This document shows, piece by piece, positions 12,121 to 25,753 of a DNA stretch of 64,000 nucleotides. Location of the stretch: contig OZ024742.1 of assembly GCA_964016885.1 (NCBI GenBank), positions 85,746,001-85,810,000 on the forward strand. Reading direction: 5' to 3'. Every line of letters starts with the position of its first letter. Position 1 is the stretch's first letter. Both the position numbers and the translations under genes were made by a program. This stretch comes from Eledone cirrhosa (Eukaryota). The notes below the pieces were generated by a model, which was not told where the DNA came from, ran no database searches, and saw only the letters and a list, made by a program, of their open reading frames with translations.

Positions 12121-13618
12121 CAGTAAATATGAATGACAATATTTCAATAACATGCCTAAACATTAATACACACAACATTATTTGTTAACTTTGATCAATA
12201 CCATCATTTCTTTATCTCCTTATTTATCTATCTATCTTCCTATCTATGCTTATAATTTAGTATAATACCTAATCCTAATATATTTACGGAATTTATAAAA
12301 CTGTGAATTTTTAATACATTTGTAATCTCCCTTTAAATTTTAGTTTAATACCCAATCCATAAATGTTTATGAAACTTATCTATAACTCTCAATTTTTAAT
12401 GAGTTTTTGATCTATTATTTATAATATAATATAATATAGTATATGCATATATTTCTTTTAAATATATTTACTGCACTATAAATTCTAAAATTTGAGACGG
12501 ATTCAAACTTATATATAAATGTGAATTTTTTGCTGCGCTTTCGATCTCTTATTTATTTATAATATAATGTATTATAATATGTATGTAGTTATATGTTATA
12601 TTTTATATATTTTTAAATATTTTTAAATATACCTACCACATTTCTATATATATGATTCAAATATAGAGAAAATATCGAAACTAAAAATTATTATAGACAT
12701 TATTTTGAACTCTGCACGCATTGTTGTTTTTCTTGTATTTAAATGTGACACGTTGATAAAATTATAGCTGTTATCATGTACCTAAAGTATACTACACTAA
12801 TAATACCTAATATATATCTATATATATATACATCCCTGTATGTAATAATATGTTGATATCTTGTTTGAAGAATAATTAGTGCATTTACACCCAGTCATAC
12901 ATAGGTATATATTTAGCCTTAACATCCTTCAATATATTATTTTATTTTATTTTTATCTTCGTCGTTATTAAACATACTGGCTTATTAATTAATATATACC
13001 TATATACATAGTTATTTAAATATTTATAACAATAAGTACTTCAAAAGCTTTACATACCTAATATGGTGGTATAGTTGTTAAAGTTTGAATTTAGGTAAAT
13101 AATCAACAGTATAATATTTCATTCTTTATGTGCCAGCTAAATCCTTTAAATGTTACCCTCATAAAATTCAGAAGTTTAGAAATGTTAACACACTTATCGA
13201 ATTTATATAAATAACCAGCAAATAATCCTGAAATCTGGAGTCTTCACCCTAATATTATAAATTAAATATTTTCAAATTTAACCGTTTAATTTTCGGAAAA
13301 AAATCTCCTTCTGCATATATCACCCCCTCCTGCCACCCTTTATTTCCCTCTTTATAAATCCTTTTCCCGTGGCTAGCACTGGCTGTTATGATTCATGAGA
13401 CGTTTTCCTAGATATATCGTAGTATCATACACTTTAAAACTTTTAGAACATTTACAGTATGCAACGTTTTTTCTTACTCACACATTCTCTAATGAATTTA
13501 TTACGTTTTCGCATTTTCTCATAAATAGGATATAAGTAAAATTTTCTCTTGGGTTAATCACTACCTTGATTAAATCTTAACCATTTAACATCTCAGGGTA
13601 TGTCATGTATCTTATATT

Positions 13619-13666
13619 TTGTATGATGAGGACGTACTGTTGTACATCCGAAATATGTATAATAAA
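13619..13666 (+). ncRNA. Degenerate minimal hammerhead motif followed by AATAAA
   Basis: aTGATGA ggacgtac-tgtt-gtacatcc GAAA tatg TA taataaa. C3 is mutated and stem I is poor. Confidence 0.45.
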
Positions 13667-13811
13667 AGATCATCTATTTTATTAATACTTAAATTTTAAT
13701 ATATATACGGTTCATCATAGATAAAAAGGGTTTTCATTTTCGAAATCTACGTCCCAGGGAGAATGTTTTAGCTATTTTTATGAAAAAAATATTATTGCTA
13801 CCAGATATATA

Positions 13812-14276
13812 TCTAACCTATAATAAAGTATGGAGTACGGGACTGCGTCCCAAATATATTTTGTTATCCCGTTTGTAAAATAATTTGGATTACTTTGAAT
13901 AAATAATAAATCAATATTACATAATTTATCAACTAAATTTCGTTATTCTTGATAAAAATATAAATAATTTTGTTGCTTATTTTAAGATTCACTTCCGGTT
14001 AGCGATCGCTTAAATAGAAATTGATATATTTCCGTCACTGATTTTCTCCTAATGCAGTTTATATATATCGTCTTTTTTTAATGTATCCTGGATTACGTTA
14101 CTGATTACATAAGGCAGTGTAACGCAGTCTTCGTTCAATCATTTAATTTATGTGTATATATTGTCAATTACGAGTTTATTTGATCATATCTACATGCATA
14201 TATACTTGCGTATAATATCAATATGCACACTACACATGCTAGCAGAAAACCACTCTGATGGTGGTTTTTCTGCTAC
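13812..14276 (+). mobile_element. Non-autonomous Helitron-like element, copy 1
   Basis: Starts A|TCTAACCTATAATAAAG and ends in hairpin agcagaaaacca..tggtttttctgctac. Homologous along its length to 24829-25311. Confidence 0.7.
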
Positions 14277-14571
14277 TATATATAACATGTAGCTTTCCAT
14301 TTTGAATACATCTCATTTCCGATGCGGGGTTGCTTTTATTAGATCATTGATTATAATTAATACCTCTGAAGATATACTGCAGTCACTGATACTTAGCTAT
14401 ATCCAATATATATTTTTTCCATTTATTTAACATATTTTTATTCTATTGTTCTGGCAATAGTAAAACTTGACTGTTGTATTGAAACAGTTGTAAGGTAATG
14501 TTGTTGTTTTTAATCTACAATTTGAATTGGTTACATATATATATATGTGTGTGTGTGTATGCCATCAGCAG

Positions 14572-14775
14572 CATCATCATCATCGTTTAACGTCCATCTT
14601 CCAAGCCAGCATGGGTTAGACGGTTTTGTTCCATTTGATGCAGGAATGGTCGGGAGACCTTGTCTCGCTCGCACGGAACCGTCTCTGGCAGGTTTTTTTA
14701 CAGCTGGATGCCCTTCCTAACACCAACAACATTTACAGTGTGAACTGGAAGCCTTTTCAACGTGTCTCATACACA
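14572..14775 (-). mobile_element. SINE/LINE 3' fragment with (ATG)n tail
   Basis: (cat)n tail, then cgtttaacgtccatcttcc...ggatgcccttcctaacaccaac, a motif typical of retroposon 3' portions. Family is uncertain. Confidence 0.55.
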
Positions 14776-14892
14776 GCCTCCTTACAATATGGGCATTTTA
14801 TATATAGCTATATTTAAAAGCAGTCAATCGTTGGCAGAAGAAGCACGTAATAGCATATAATTTATTTGCCAAAGGAAAAGGGAAATAATAAT

Positions 14893-14939
<47 letters not shown>

Positions 14940-15420
14940 AAATAGAGAAATTAATGTAAGCAAGAACCCAACATCTAGATGAAAAATGTCTAACGTAAGA
15001 TTTGGGATAGGTAAACTTGTCGATAGCTTAGCAATACCAATGAGAAATTTGGTAATTGTAGAAATGGAGTAGTAACCAGAAATTATTTTTTATATATATT
15101 TTCCTTATTTTTATAATGTTTTTTTTTTTTACTCCCTTTCGATTTACCTATTCTTTCAACTCCCCACCCCCTCATCTTCTGCAGTACACTTTTTTCGACC
15201 TGTTATACATATCCTTAGAATCTTCTGTATAGATTTAAATGTCAACGCTTCACTAGGTTTCCCCCACTCCCTCTTTGTTCTACCGGCAAGTTCAGCCACC
15301 CCTACCTTCCACCAAATGCAATTATCTGTCTTTACAACTAATTTTTGATCAATCCTCTTAACAATTACTATCTTCCCATAGAAGTTGGGCTATTTATTTA
15401 CCAGGCTAAAAATTCTTATT

Positions 15421-15562
15421 TAGTCCAGAAAAAGCCGTCAAAACGGCTTGAGCTCTGCCGTCGGGGTCATACTTGTTCCTATTACCCACTCTAATACCCT
15501 AAGTATTGAGTACTTTGGTGCGTTATGGTCCATGTGGTTCCTTACTCCAATTTCTTCGTTAT
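15421..15562 (+). repeat. Dispersed repeat, same family as the 56948-57300 palindrome
   Basis: tagtccagaaaaagccgtc...cttcgtta matches 57159-57299 and ends in (TA)n/(TG)n. Confidence 0.8.
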
Positions 15563-15676
<114 letters not shown>

Positions 15677-16154
15677 ATTGTAATATAGATTTTGAAACTC
15701 ACAATAAATCACCTAGGATCAAGGGAGCTCAAGAAAGAGAGACCGAGCTCTTTATAAATCATAGCAGTGACACATGGTTCATAATACATTGTCAGATAGT
15801 AGGTAATAAACTAGTTGTTATGTGTTTTACCAGGGTAGAACTATATGCCCTATTATCTGACAATTTATTATGTGCCTTCTGTCATTGCTATGATATATAT
15901 ACCCTTAATTGAGTGGGGTTAATGATCAAAGGTGTTCCAGTCATGACTATCACATCGTTTTCTATATGAAGGATCACATTGTCCAAAATATCCTATGTGT
16001 TTAAAAGAGTGTGATTTGGATGTTTCTTTTGTAGTAGTCGCATGATCGTGTAAGGATCCATCGTTGACTCCTACCGTTGAACACATCATGTATATTAATG
16101 CTTTAATATATGTGCATGCCGTCTGTTTCTATGCATTAGTTTATAATTGTGTTC

Positions 16155-16238
<84 letters not shown>

Positions 16239-16378
16239 CTATTGTGTCGTAGGGCACTTTATATCTATCAGGTGGAGATCAACCCTTTCCATATCTGAAC
16301 ATAGCCGATTTCTTCAAGAGGAGAGAGATGGTGATAGAGAATAAATGCAAATGAGATATAAAGAAAGACCGGATCTTA

Positions 16379-16528
16379 GTACTGGACTGGTACTTTTTTT
16401 TATTATCGATATCGAAATATGAAACACAAAGTTAACCTCATCAGGGTTTGAATTCAGAGGTCAGAGAAAGAGACCGAATACCATCAAGTAATCGCTCGCA
16501 CGTCCTAACAATTCTGCCAATTCGCCAC
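16379..16528 (-). mobile_element. tRNA-derived SINE (decayed)
   Basis: Homologous to 59941-60129. Confidence 0.65.
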
Positions 16529-17027
16529 TTTTAGGCAGACAAATAAACAGATAAATAAAAATAAACTCCCTATTCTATGGGTTTACCTGATATGAATTGA
16601 TTAAGAAAATTGTTTCATACTTTCTCTGTACACTATGAAAGTAAATTACCGTTTATATTAAATTCATATTAAGTTCTTCATAATTTATTATTTGATTCCT
16701 GGTTTTGATATTTCATTTCGAAAAAAAATGTATTTAATCCTGTCGGGGCGATTTCAAATATCAAATAATATTCTATTGGAAGGCAATTAATTAACCATCT
16801 TGTGCAAGTCGTTTTTTGAAAGTAAACTCGATTTACGATTATTACCAATATTCACTAATGTATTAAAATATGTGTGATGGATTCTAATACTACGAAAAAT
16901 AAGTTGATATAACTTGCCATTTCTGACATATACTTCCGAGAAAAAACGATATAAATGAAACAATTAATTTAATATATCTTCCGTGTTTTATGCATTTTGA
17001 AAACCAACGTTCCCAAATATAACTCTA

Positions 17028-17063
<36 letters not shown>

Positions 17064-17299
17064 GTAGTAGATGAGGAGGTGCTCTTATTATTACTAATAG
17101 TAATGATACTGTTTCTCATTTACCAGAGTTAACAAATATATCGAGGGTGGTACAAGGCTTACAATTATGGGTTTACATGAAAACGTGTAAAACCATAAAA
17201 TTACAAAATGAAAAATCCCACGGGTAATATTATAATTGATGCCACGAAAATTTCTCAAAAATTGGGGTAACTCTAGCTGCTAACGTGTTAATAATTACA

Positions 17300-19700
17300 T
17301 AATAACATTGATTCTATGTCCAATAATGGAAGTGTCTACTCCAAGTGTTCCTCCTTTAATCTACATAAAAGCGCTTGATGATATTTTGCTTGTCTAGCTC
17401 TGTCTTCACTTAACCTATGACTGAAAATCAGTCATAGAGATTGAACTGGGAAAAATATGCAGGGTAAATTGATGCCAGAATTATTTAGCGTTAAGTAAAC
17501 GAAGGATAATCCGTAGCACCTGTGGGTTTGTTCACATCATCAGCCACGACAGATCTATTCCTCTACAAGTTAATACGCGATGTTAACTAGAACAACAGAA
17601 TAGAGGCATCGATCGATTCTGATGTGAATTAAGGCATGGCCCGACGTCCAAATGGTATCAGATGAAATGGGCTAGATATTTCTGCCAAAACAAATATATG
17701 CCAATGTATCTCTGAAAAATATTCTTTCTCCATCGCTAACCACTATCTGATAACCATCAATCCTACTATAATTTCCATTTACTGTAACTACGATCATGTA
17801 TTGCTGAGAACATTCCGCTCAACATCTGCTTCACAAAGTCTCAAATACTGTATCACTAAGCTTTTCACGCTAGAAAGAGTTTAGCACGTTTCCCTTCTAT
17901 CGGCTAGCCTCACACTTCCATCATGCCTGAACGATGTCATTCAACAAGCCGTACTGAACAAAGTTTAGAAAGTTCCTAGAAATGCCACAAGACGCCTTAC
18001 GAATAACGACCACTTACAATATACATATGCTAGGTCTAATGATCACTCCATCATGCTTATTCATGTTATGACCATCAGTAAATCATTCTAAATATTTCTA
18101 TTCATAATTCCTCGAAAATCATATTTTCCTTACCAGTCTTAGTTCCTTATATATGTTTTAAGGAGATCTATGGATTTTATGTGTTTCATAAAATAATATG
18201 CGTGTTATCTTAAGCCGTTGATGTATGTTGTTAATCAATTCCTTGTTGCCTGTATTTATGGCAGTGTAGTCAATATTTTTGTTAGTTTTGCGGCTGCTCT
18301 TTTTGTTGTGAGAAGCAATTGGATTGTGATGGGTTTTTTTCTACTTTGTACTGAGTTTCATTGAAAACATCACTGATCTCATCTTTAGAAATACATCGTG
18401 AAATTTCCACTGACTGTATTTCCCAGCTTCTGGAGTAGTTTGAAACGAGACACCATTTCAGAAGCCAGGCACAAAGTATCGGTCTTCGATTGACTCAAAG
18501 ACTACAGCTGAAAAAAAGAAGTTTGTGTGATTTTTCCATATCTGATACGAAGTGTTATACAAAAATCCGTAATACAGAAACAGAGGGCCATATCATGCAA
18601 GAAAGTTTCTTCGCTCTGCGTGCATCTCCGTCAGGCCCGGCCTATTAACCTCTGAATTTGTAGATCTTGTTCAGAACAGCTGTATTCACACTGTAGGAAT
18701 TTCCATGCCAAGAACATTGAAATTATACATAATCCTTGATTTGAATGTCATCTAGAAGAAGCTGCTCAGATTTCCATCAGAAAAGCTCAGAGCTATCGTT
18801 AAACTAACAGAAAGAGTCTACTGAACGTAGATGTTGTTTGCTCACTGTTTATCAAGTTTTTCAGCTGGTAAAGTTGCCTGTGTGCCTTGCAGGATTCTAG
18901 ATTCCAGGCGATTAACCATGGTCTGCATATGGCCCAGTATTGTGGCCCTGTAAATCTAATGAGCTGGGGAGTGACGTATTAAACAAATGGGGGACTCCAA
19001 CCAATTCTCCATTTAGACTGTGTGCGTTTCTGAGAAACATATGTAATGGTATATCGTGTTTTCTTTCATCATCCATTAAGTCGATGTTCTTATCATTTAA
19101 ATTTGCTGACCAGTGGGAGGTTTCTTTTCCCGAAACAGTAGAATATAAATTGTTCCAGTCTGGTTAAGTGTTGTTTTGTTTTTTTAACTTTTTGAGGTGT
19201 GAAAGATGTAATAACTTTGTCGGACGGTTAAAACTGCAGAAGTAACATAGGCGTTGGCTTTTCGGGTCCGTATTTTGAGGCAAAGTTCTGTCTCTGCTCG
19301 GTTCTAAATGATATTCTATAACATGTACCTGCATTCTCACCGTTCTTGTCTACATGCATCTCCAGTCCGAACCATGCTACAAGCATTTGAAGTTGGTCAT
19401 CTGTACATCGATATAAAAATCAGGTTAAGTAAGCTCCCGTACTTAGATATGGATATTCTGTAACACTTTTCAAGCGGAATTCCTCTTAATATTTCCATTC
19501 TTTGCAGTTAATTCATCATATTCAAGATATATGTCATATATTTGAGGAGAAATCGTTGATGGTCAGTCCAGTGGATAAGTGCGTTCTGAGAAGTGTCCAT
19601 ATAATTTGACTACTGAACCGTTTTCCGTGTAAAACTTTGCATCTGAAAGCCATTCCAACAATCCTCCATAGTTTCAGAAGATATTTAATATATGTCAAGA
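17300..19700 (-). pseudogene. Unidentified decayed coding-like tract
   Basis: Non-repetitive and more GC-rich than its flanks. Minus-strand frames give protein-like runs broken by stops and frameshifts, for example NYGGLLEWLSDAKFYTENGSVVKLYGHFSERTYPLD. No family recognised. Confidence 0.35.
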
Positions 19701-22700
19701 CAACTGCGTTGAAACTACGATTAGAATATGCAAATTAACAAACACTGAACCCATTACACTTGAAATATTCGATAAATTTACAGAAATATATCTAATAATT
19801 AGTAGAGAGAAACAGGAAACTAATAATACGGTACTGAATCCGATAAATATAACATTACTCATAACAAATTGATGAATATTTTATCATACACATGTCTTTC
19901 GAATCCAGCGGAAATAATGTAGAAAATAAACCATTTACGCATTAATGTTTGTACTGAAAATAATGATAAGAACGTGAAGGAAGATTAAGAATGTAGGAAC
20001 ATGACGATTGTAGAAGAGGAGTGCTTTAATACATATAATGGTGTAAAGATAGAACATGTAATAGATTAAGTATTCCAAGAAATATAATTCTATGTTGTAT
20101 AAGCTGTGTAAAACAATCATTTCCGTGTTAGAATATAGCAGAAATTGTATAGAATCTATATTCATGACACTAATAATATATTTTTTATTTTTACTCGACA
20201 ATCAACAGAAATGCGTGCTGATAATACGAATGTATATGACTAAATTTCTTTAGAACACTAAACGTTTATTCGGAGATATTTAGAAAATGTTCGAGTATCA
20301 TCAAATAATTGTTTATAAAATATTCAACGAGTGCATATTTTATACTACATATTTCCACAATAGACTATAAAAGAAAATGATATCATTATAACATGTGTGC
20401 ATATAATATAGTAATATAAATGACATAAATAGGTTAACCCGTTGAATGGTACTCGAAGTTATTACAACAAATATGCGCTTGCTACTTGTGATTTCATGAC
20501 AATTCATAAATCTACCACATCAGGTAGCCAGTGAAATATCATTCAATCTACAAGACATTACACATATTCGACTAAAAACTGTGTATGGATGCATTTAATT
20601 ATGTCGTTGCACATAACATTTAATACAATTTAAGCAGATAATTTTTAACGATTGACGATAACTGTCGCAAATAATAAACGAAATATTTTTGAGTTTAAGT
20701 TAACGTGCTGGATTGAATGACAAACAATATTATAATGAAGCTTCACTGCCACTATTGCTTCTCATAAATAAGTAGTGAATTTCTCTCTTACGTCAGATGC
20801 TTCATTTCACGAAGGAAATGATGCGTAAGAATCAGTTCAGTCTTGCGTACTCAGTTGCAAATTTCATGTCACGTTTTCCTATAAACTGGATAACGAGAAC
20901 ACCCTCAGACTAATACAATGCATTTTTTTTTTTTTTTTTTAAATAAAAAGTTTCATGAATATCTATTGTATTGTTTAGGAATACTTTCTTATGTTTGTTT
21001 TACGAGGCATTATTCCCTTTTGAATGTTGTTTTCGTTTTCGAAATTATACTTTTGTTTGTGAAGATGTAGACGAGTAGATGTGACTGAGTTTACTCAGGA
21101 TTTTGTAAATATTTTGCTCGCTTTATTTACGCGAATCCATCCTATTGTGATTCCATTTTTTGTAATCTCAATGTTAAAAGTAAGCAAATAATAAAGATTT
21201 GTCTCTACATATACAGATACAATTTCAAATATATCAATGTTTCTCCAGCAGTCTCACGTTAATATTTATTTCTAAGAGGTCAACCACGAACACATATGAA
21301 TATAATATATGCATATTAAAATATTCGAAAATACTTTTTTTTGTTTTACATGTCATCTCACTTAAAAGTCACGAGATTTAATTTAGTTTTCCGTGGGTTC
21401 AATAAACTTGTATGTGACCATTTCCTATTTCATCATGATCCTCACATTAACAAATAGCTATTAAAATGTATTTATTTAATTTTGGAATGACAAAGCAGTA
21501 ATACAATTGTGTTGGTAATAATTTGCATACATTTACGATTGCAATTGTTATTGTTTAATCTATGCAGCTATGAATCAGAGCAAGACCCAAATTAAGGGTT
21601 ACTTTCTAATTCTTCAGAAAAATGCCGTTAATCTTCAGTCACCTAATTTGCTCTTCCCACTTAAATAAACATCTGTATCCTTCAAACATTTCTTAATCAC
21701 ATGAATCTAAATATCATTCATTCTTCGCCTTTTTTACTGTGATCAGAAATGATGTCTCAACTGCTCTTCATCTGTAAAAACATTGCTATTTATCTACCAC
21801 TTTATTACATCTACCATTAAACTTCGTATATAATGATATAAACATGATTGAACTGGTTTCACAGGGAGAAATTTATTGTTTAATTTTCGTTGATTAGTAT
21901 CAATGGTGTATTTCTAATCTGGTTAAAATGGTAAATAGCATTAATTTGTGTTTAGAAATCCACTAAGATGCAAGATAAATATAATTAATTGTGAACAAAA
22001 ACGTAAGAAAGAAGGCTAGAAATTTCATTTCAAGATATCAGAGTCAAGATATTTCATCGGCCGGTAACACAGCGGACAATATTATATCCGCTCTGCAAGC
22101 ATGTTTGCGTAGTGACTGCGTTTTTGTTACTTGAAGGAATAATGTTCTAAATGTGTATATATTTATACTTCCAATTTTCTATATCTGGCATTTTTCATAG
22201 GGTACTTGAAGCAGATCTGATGTAACAAAATGTGTAGCTTATATCATTCTTCGTGTTAAAGAAATGTGCGTAACGGCATACAGTGTCATAAATGTTTCAA
22301 TTGAAAGCAAATCTCTTTTTCGTTATTTCTTTGTAGTTTTAAATTGCCAATATACCATGTTATTGTCGGAGTACGCAATATGATAGTTGAACATTTTAAT
22401 AACAGTTAGCATAAATAAATACAGTCGTTTATTCAGGATATTAAATCAGTTTATTTCATTGTATACATGACGTATGGTCAAGATAATAATCCTCTTTCTA
22501 ATCAAAATAAAATCCGATGCATTCAATTATATCTACATACGTTTAGTCAACGAAACCTTTTGGTTTTAACATTTTTGGTTAATATCGTTAATTTTACTTG
22601 TTCATGAAATTCTATCTTGCTATATTGAACGATTTAATTTCAAAGTAATATACTGTTTTCTGATTTTAGTCACATTTTATTGCATAATTGAAAGTGCTAA

Positions 22701-24828
22701 ATATGTGATTGATATATGATTCTAAATAATTAATGAAGTAGTTAAAAGAATATTTTTTCGAAGTTATTGTTAGATATGCTTAGACCTCTACATTTATGAG
22801 TGTGGAAACTATCAAGGTGTGTCGTTGCGGTTGATCGCTGCTTCAGTTTTAATACATTAAATTATATATCAAATATTTTGGAAAACTATTTTGAGCTAAA
22901 TGTTACATACAACTGTTATAGTTCGTGAACTATATGTCGCGGTATGAATGATACAAATGTTATTTTAAATCCCATGATTATACTCAATATTATCAGAATT
23001 GATATAAATAGGAAACGCATTAATGTTTCCAAATATCCTAGTAATTATTAGATTTGCTTTTCTTAAATATTACAGTAGTCTTCGTATTAAAGCAATAAAA
23101 TAACTATTTCGGACAATGCATTATATAAGAAAGACTGAAATGATTATATAGCAGATAGATAAAAAAGACATTTCATTGCATTGTGTAATTGTGAATCATA
23201 TCTGTGTATTGGATATATCAATCATTCCCACAGGAATTATTGGAGCCCACGTCAATAGTATGGAATGTAGAATACATTATATACTGATACCACATTAATA
23301 TTTCATATTGGTAGACTTCGGTAGTTTACTATGTATATATCGCGCGCAGTGTATTGGTAATTCCAAAATATTGACTGTTGTTTTCCTAACTCTAGGTGTT
23401 CGTTGGACAAAATAGGAATATATATTTGCGATCCTCTTTGGGGTAATGATACCACACCACCACCCTTACCACCATTGCACAACAAAAACAAACACGCGCT
23501 TACAACCTAAACGCACGCACACACACACTATATACAATCATATATATGCACCTTCCTCTCTCCCGTCACCATCATTATTTCGTAATACAATATTAATAAT
23601 AATTTATTAGTGTCGGTAATATTACATTTTCAATTAAATATTGAAATATATGAACTTCGTTAATATCTCTAATGTATGTGCATCTTTGATTAATTAGTTA
23701 AATAATTATTTGCTTATTTCAATACAAACATGAAATATTGTGCAAGTGTTAAACAGTTGACATCTGCATAGATGCTCACAAGTGAATATATGAGTATCTA
23801 TAATTTACACAAATAATAAAATTTGAAAAATTAACAAACAGGAAAGAACAAACGAAAAAATAGTAACAGAAAAAATGAAAAGGAAAACTTAATTTGTTTT
23901 TTAATATATAAACATACTAAAGTTAGCTTTCCACCGTCGAGATGGAATTCTCGCAGTTTTGACACCATACTAACGGTAATACTGATACACTTGGGGTCAT
24001 AGAATCTGACATAAGCCAAAGTCCTCTCAGTGAAACAAGAGACAATAACTTATAGCAACTATGTGATTACTAGGATAAATTACTGTGCTATATATAGCAA
24101 AGTTAGTCTCGTAAAAAGGAAGTAAAGAATGAATAAAATAAAATAAAAATGGCATGAATAAGAAAGTATGATATCGTGTTAAAAAATGCAATTCATTGAA
24201 ATTATTCTGGTGGTGGGGGAAGAAGAAAGTTTGTCACAGAGACCACGGTCGAAAATAAGGCAAAACGAAATTCTTTCGATTTACACCTGTGTGTGTCTGT
24301 TTATGTATTTTTATGTTTTTCATGCCTACGTATGTTTTATTTGTGTGTGGGTTTGTATCATTTTCTGAATTGCTCTTTTTGCCTGTTTTCTCCATTCTGT
24401 ATTCAATCGTTAAGTTGTGGGCTGTGAATATTCCACACGTGTATTCTGCTTAGGCAAGTACTATCGTCAGTACTATATGTGGTGTCTCCACAATTTGTCT
24501 GAGAGTTGCGTCCCTTCTATATGGGGATATAATCTTTATTCCCATGTTATTGAGTCCTCGTGCTATAATTGTGCATGGTAATATAGCACTGATAAGCTTT
24601 TCTCCTCCTTCAGTTCTCGCCAGCGTTTCTTTAATTTCTCTCCTGTATATATATATATAAACAGAGAGAGAGAGAGGTTGATACACACACACACGCTCAC
24701 ACACACTCGGTGAAGGCGGGCGTACTTAATTCATAAACTTGTTTATTTCGAATGCATTTCAATATGACGTATATATCGCAAATAATATGTTTTGCATAAA
24801 GATAAACTGAAAATATTGAGAAAAATTA

Positions 24829-25311
24829 TCTAAACTATAATAAAGTAAGAAGCGCGGGACTGCGTACGGTTTATACTTTGTATCCACTTAGTAAAATAAG
24901 TTGGATTATTTTGAATAAATAATGAATGAATATTACATAATTTATCTACTAAATTTCGTGGCTGTTCATTAAATATATTTTATTACTTATTTAAAGATTC
25001 AATTCTTTAAAATTTTCAAATGACAACACTTCCGGTTACTGATCGTTTAAATAAATATTCATATATGTCTGTCACTAATTTTCTCCTAATGCAGTTTATA
25101 TATTATATCGTCTTTTTTTTAAGGTATCATGGATTACGTTATTGATAACATAAGACAGTGTAACACAGTCTTCGTTCTATTTCTGTGGATACTGTCAATT
25201 ATGATTTTGTTTGATGTATCATATATACATGCATATATACTTGCGTATAATAACAATATACACACCACATATGGTAGCAGAAAACCACCCGAAGGCTGGT
25301 TTTTCTGCTAG
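24829..25311 (+). mobile_element. Non-autonomous Helitron-like element, copy 2
   Basis: A|TCTAAACTATAATAAAG ... agcagaaaaccacccgaaggctggtttttctgCTAG|T. Confidence 0.75.
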
Positions 25312-25551
25312 TAAATTTAATAAACTTCTCTCCTTAATTATCCCGTGTTCAATGACATATTCTGTGAGATTATTGCAACGTTCTAAATTGCATGCCTTCG
25401 AGCGTTTTCAAATTACATTATATTAAATTTGGAAGTATTTCATTACGCTAATCTTTATTTAGTTTGTACAATTAACAACACTTTCAATAAATGGTACACA
25501 GATAAACCATATATATAAATATATATGTGCATGTGGGTTGGTGGGTGTGAT

Positions 25552-25752
25552 AATAATTGTTTCTACATGACCAGTGATTTGAGGGGGAGGGGAAAGTCGA
25601 TTAATTAGGCCCCAATGCGTAACTGGTTCTTTATTTTATCTACCCTGTAATGATGAAAGGCAAAACTAACCTCGGCGGGATTTGAACTCAGAACAGTAAC
25701 TCTATGCTGCAAAGCATGGTGTCAAACGCTCTAGCAAATCTGCCAATCGACT
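25552..25752 (-). mobile_element. tRNA-derived SINE
   Basis: Minus strand has an A box (ttggcagattt), B box GAGTTCAAATCC, the ttgcctttcatc...gataaaataaag core and a gaaacaattatt tail. Confidence 0.8.
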
Positions 25753-25753
25753 A

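Noticed and set aside
16430-16450. CTGATGA on the minus strand
   Set aside because: A chance variant within a SINE core (consensus cccgccgagg), with no GAAA or stems.
24450-24704. 84-aa minus ORF (RREIKETLARTEGGEK...)
   Set aside because: Starts in microsatellite and has no recognisable domain. At most a PLE linker relic, too weak to call.
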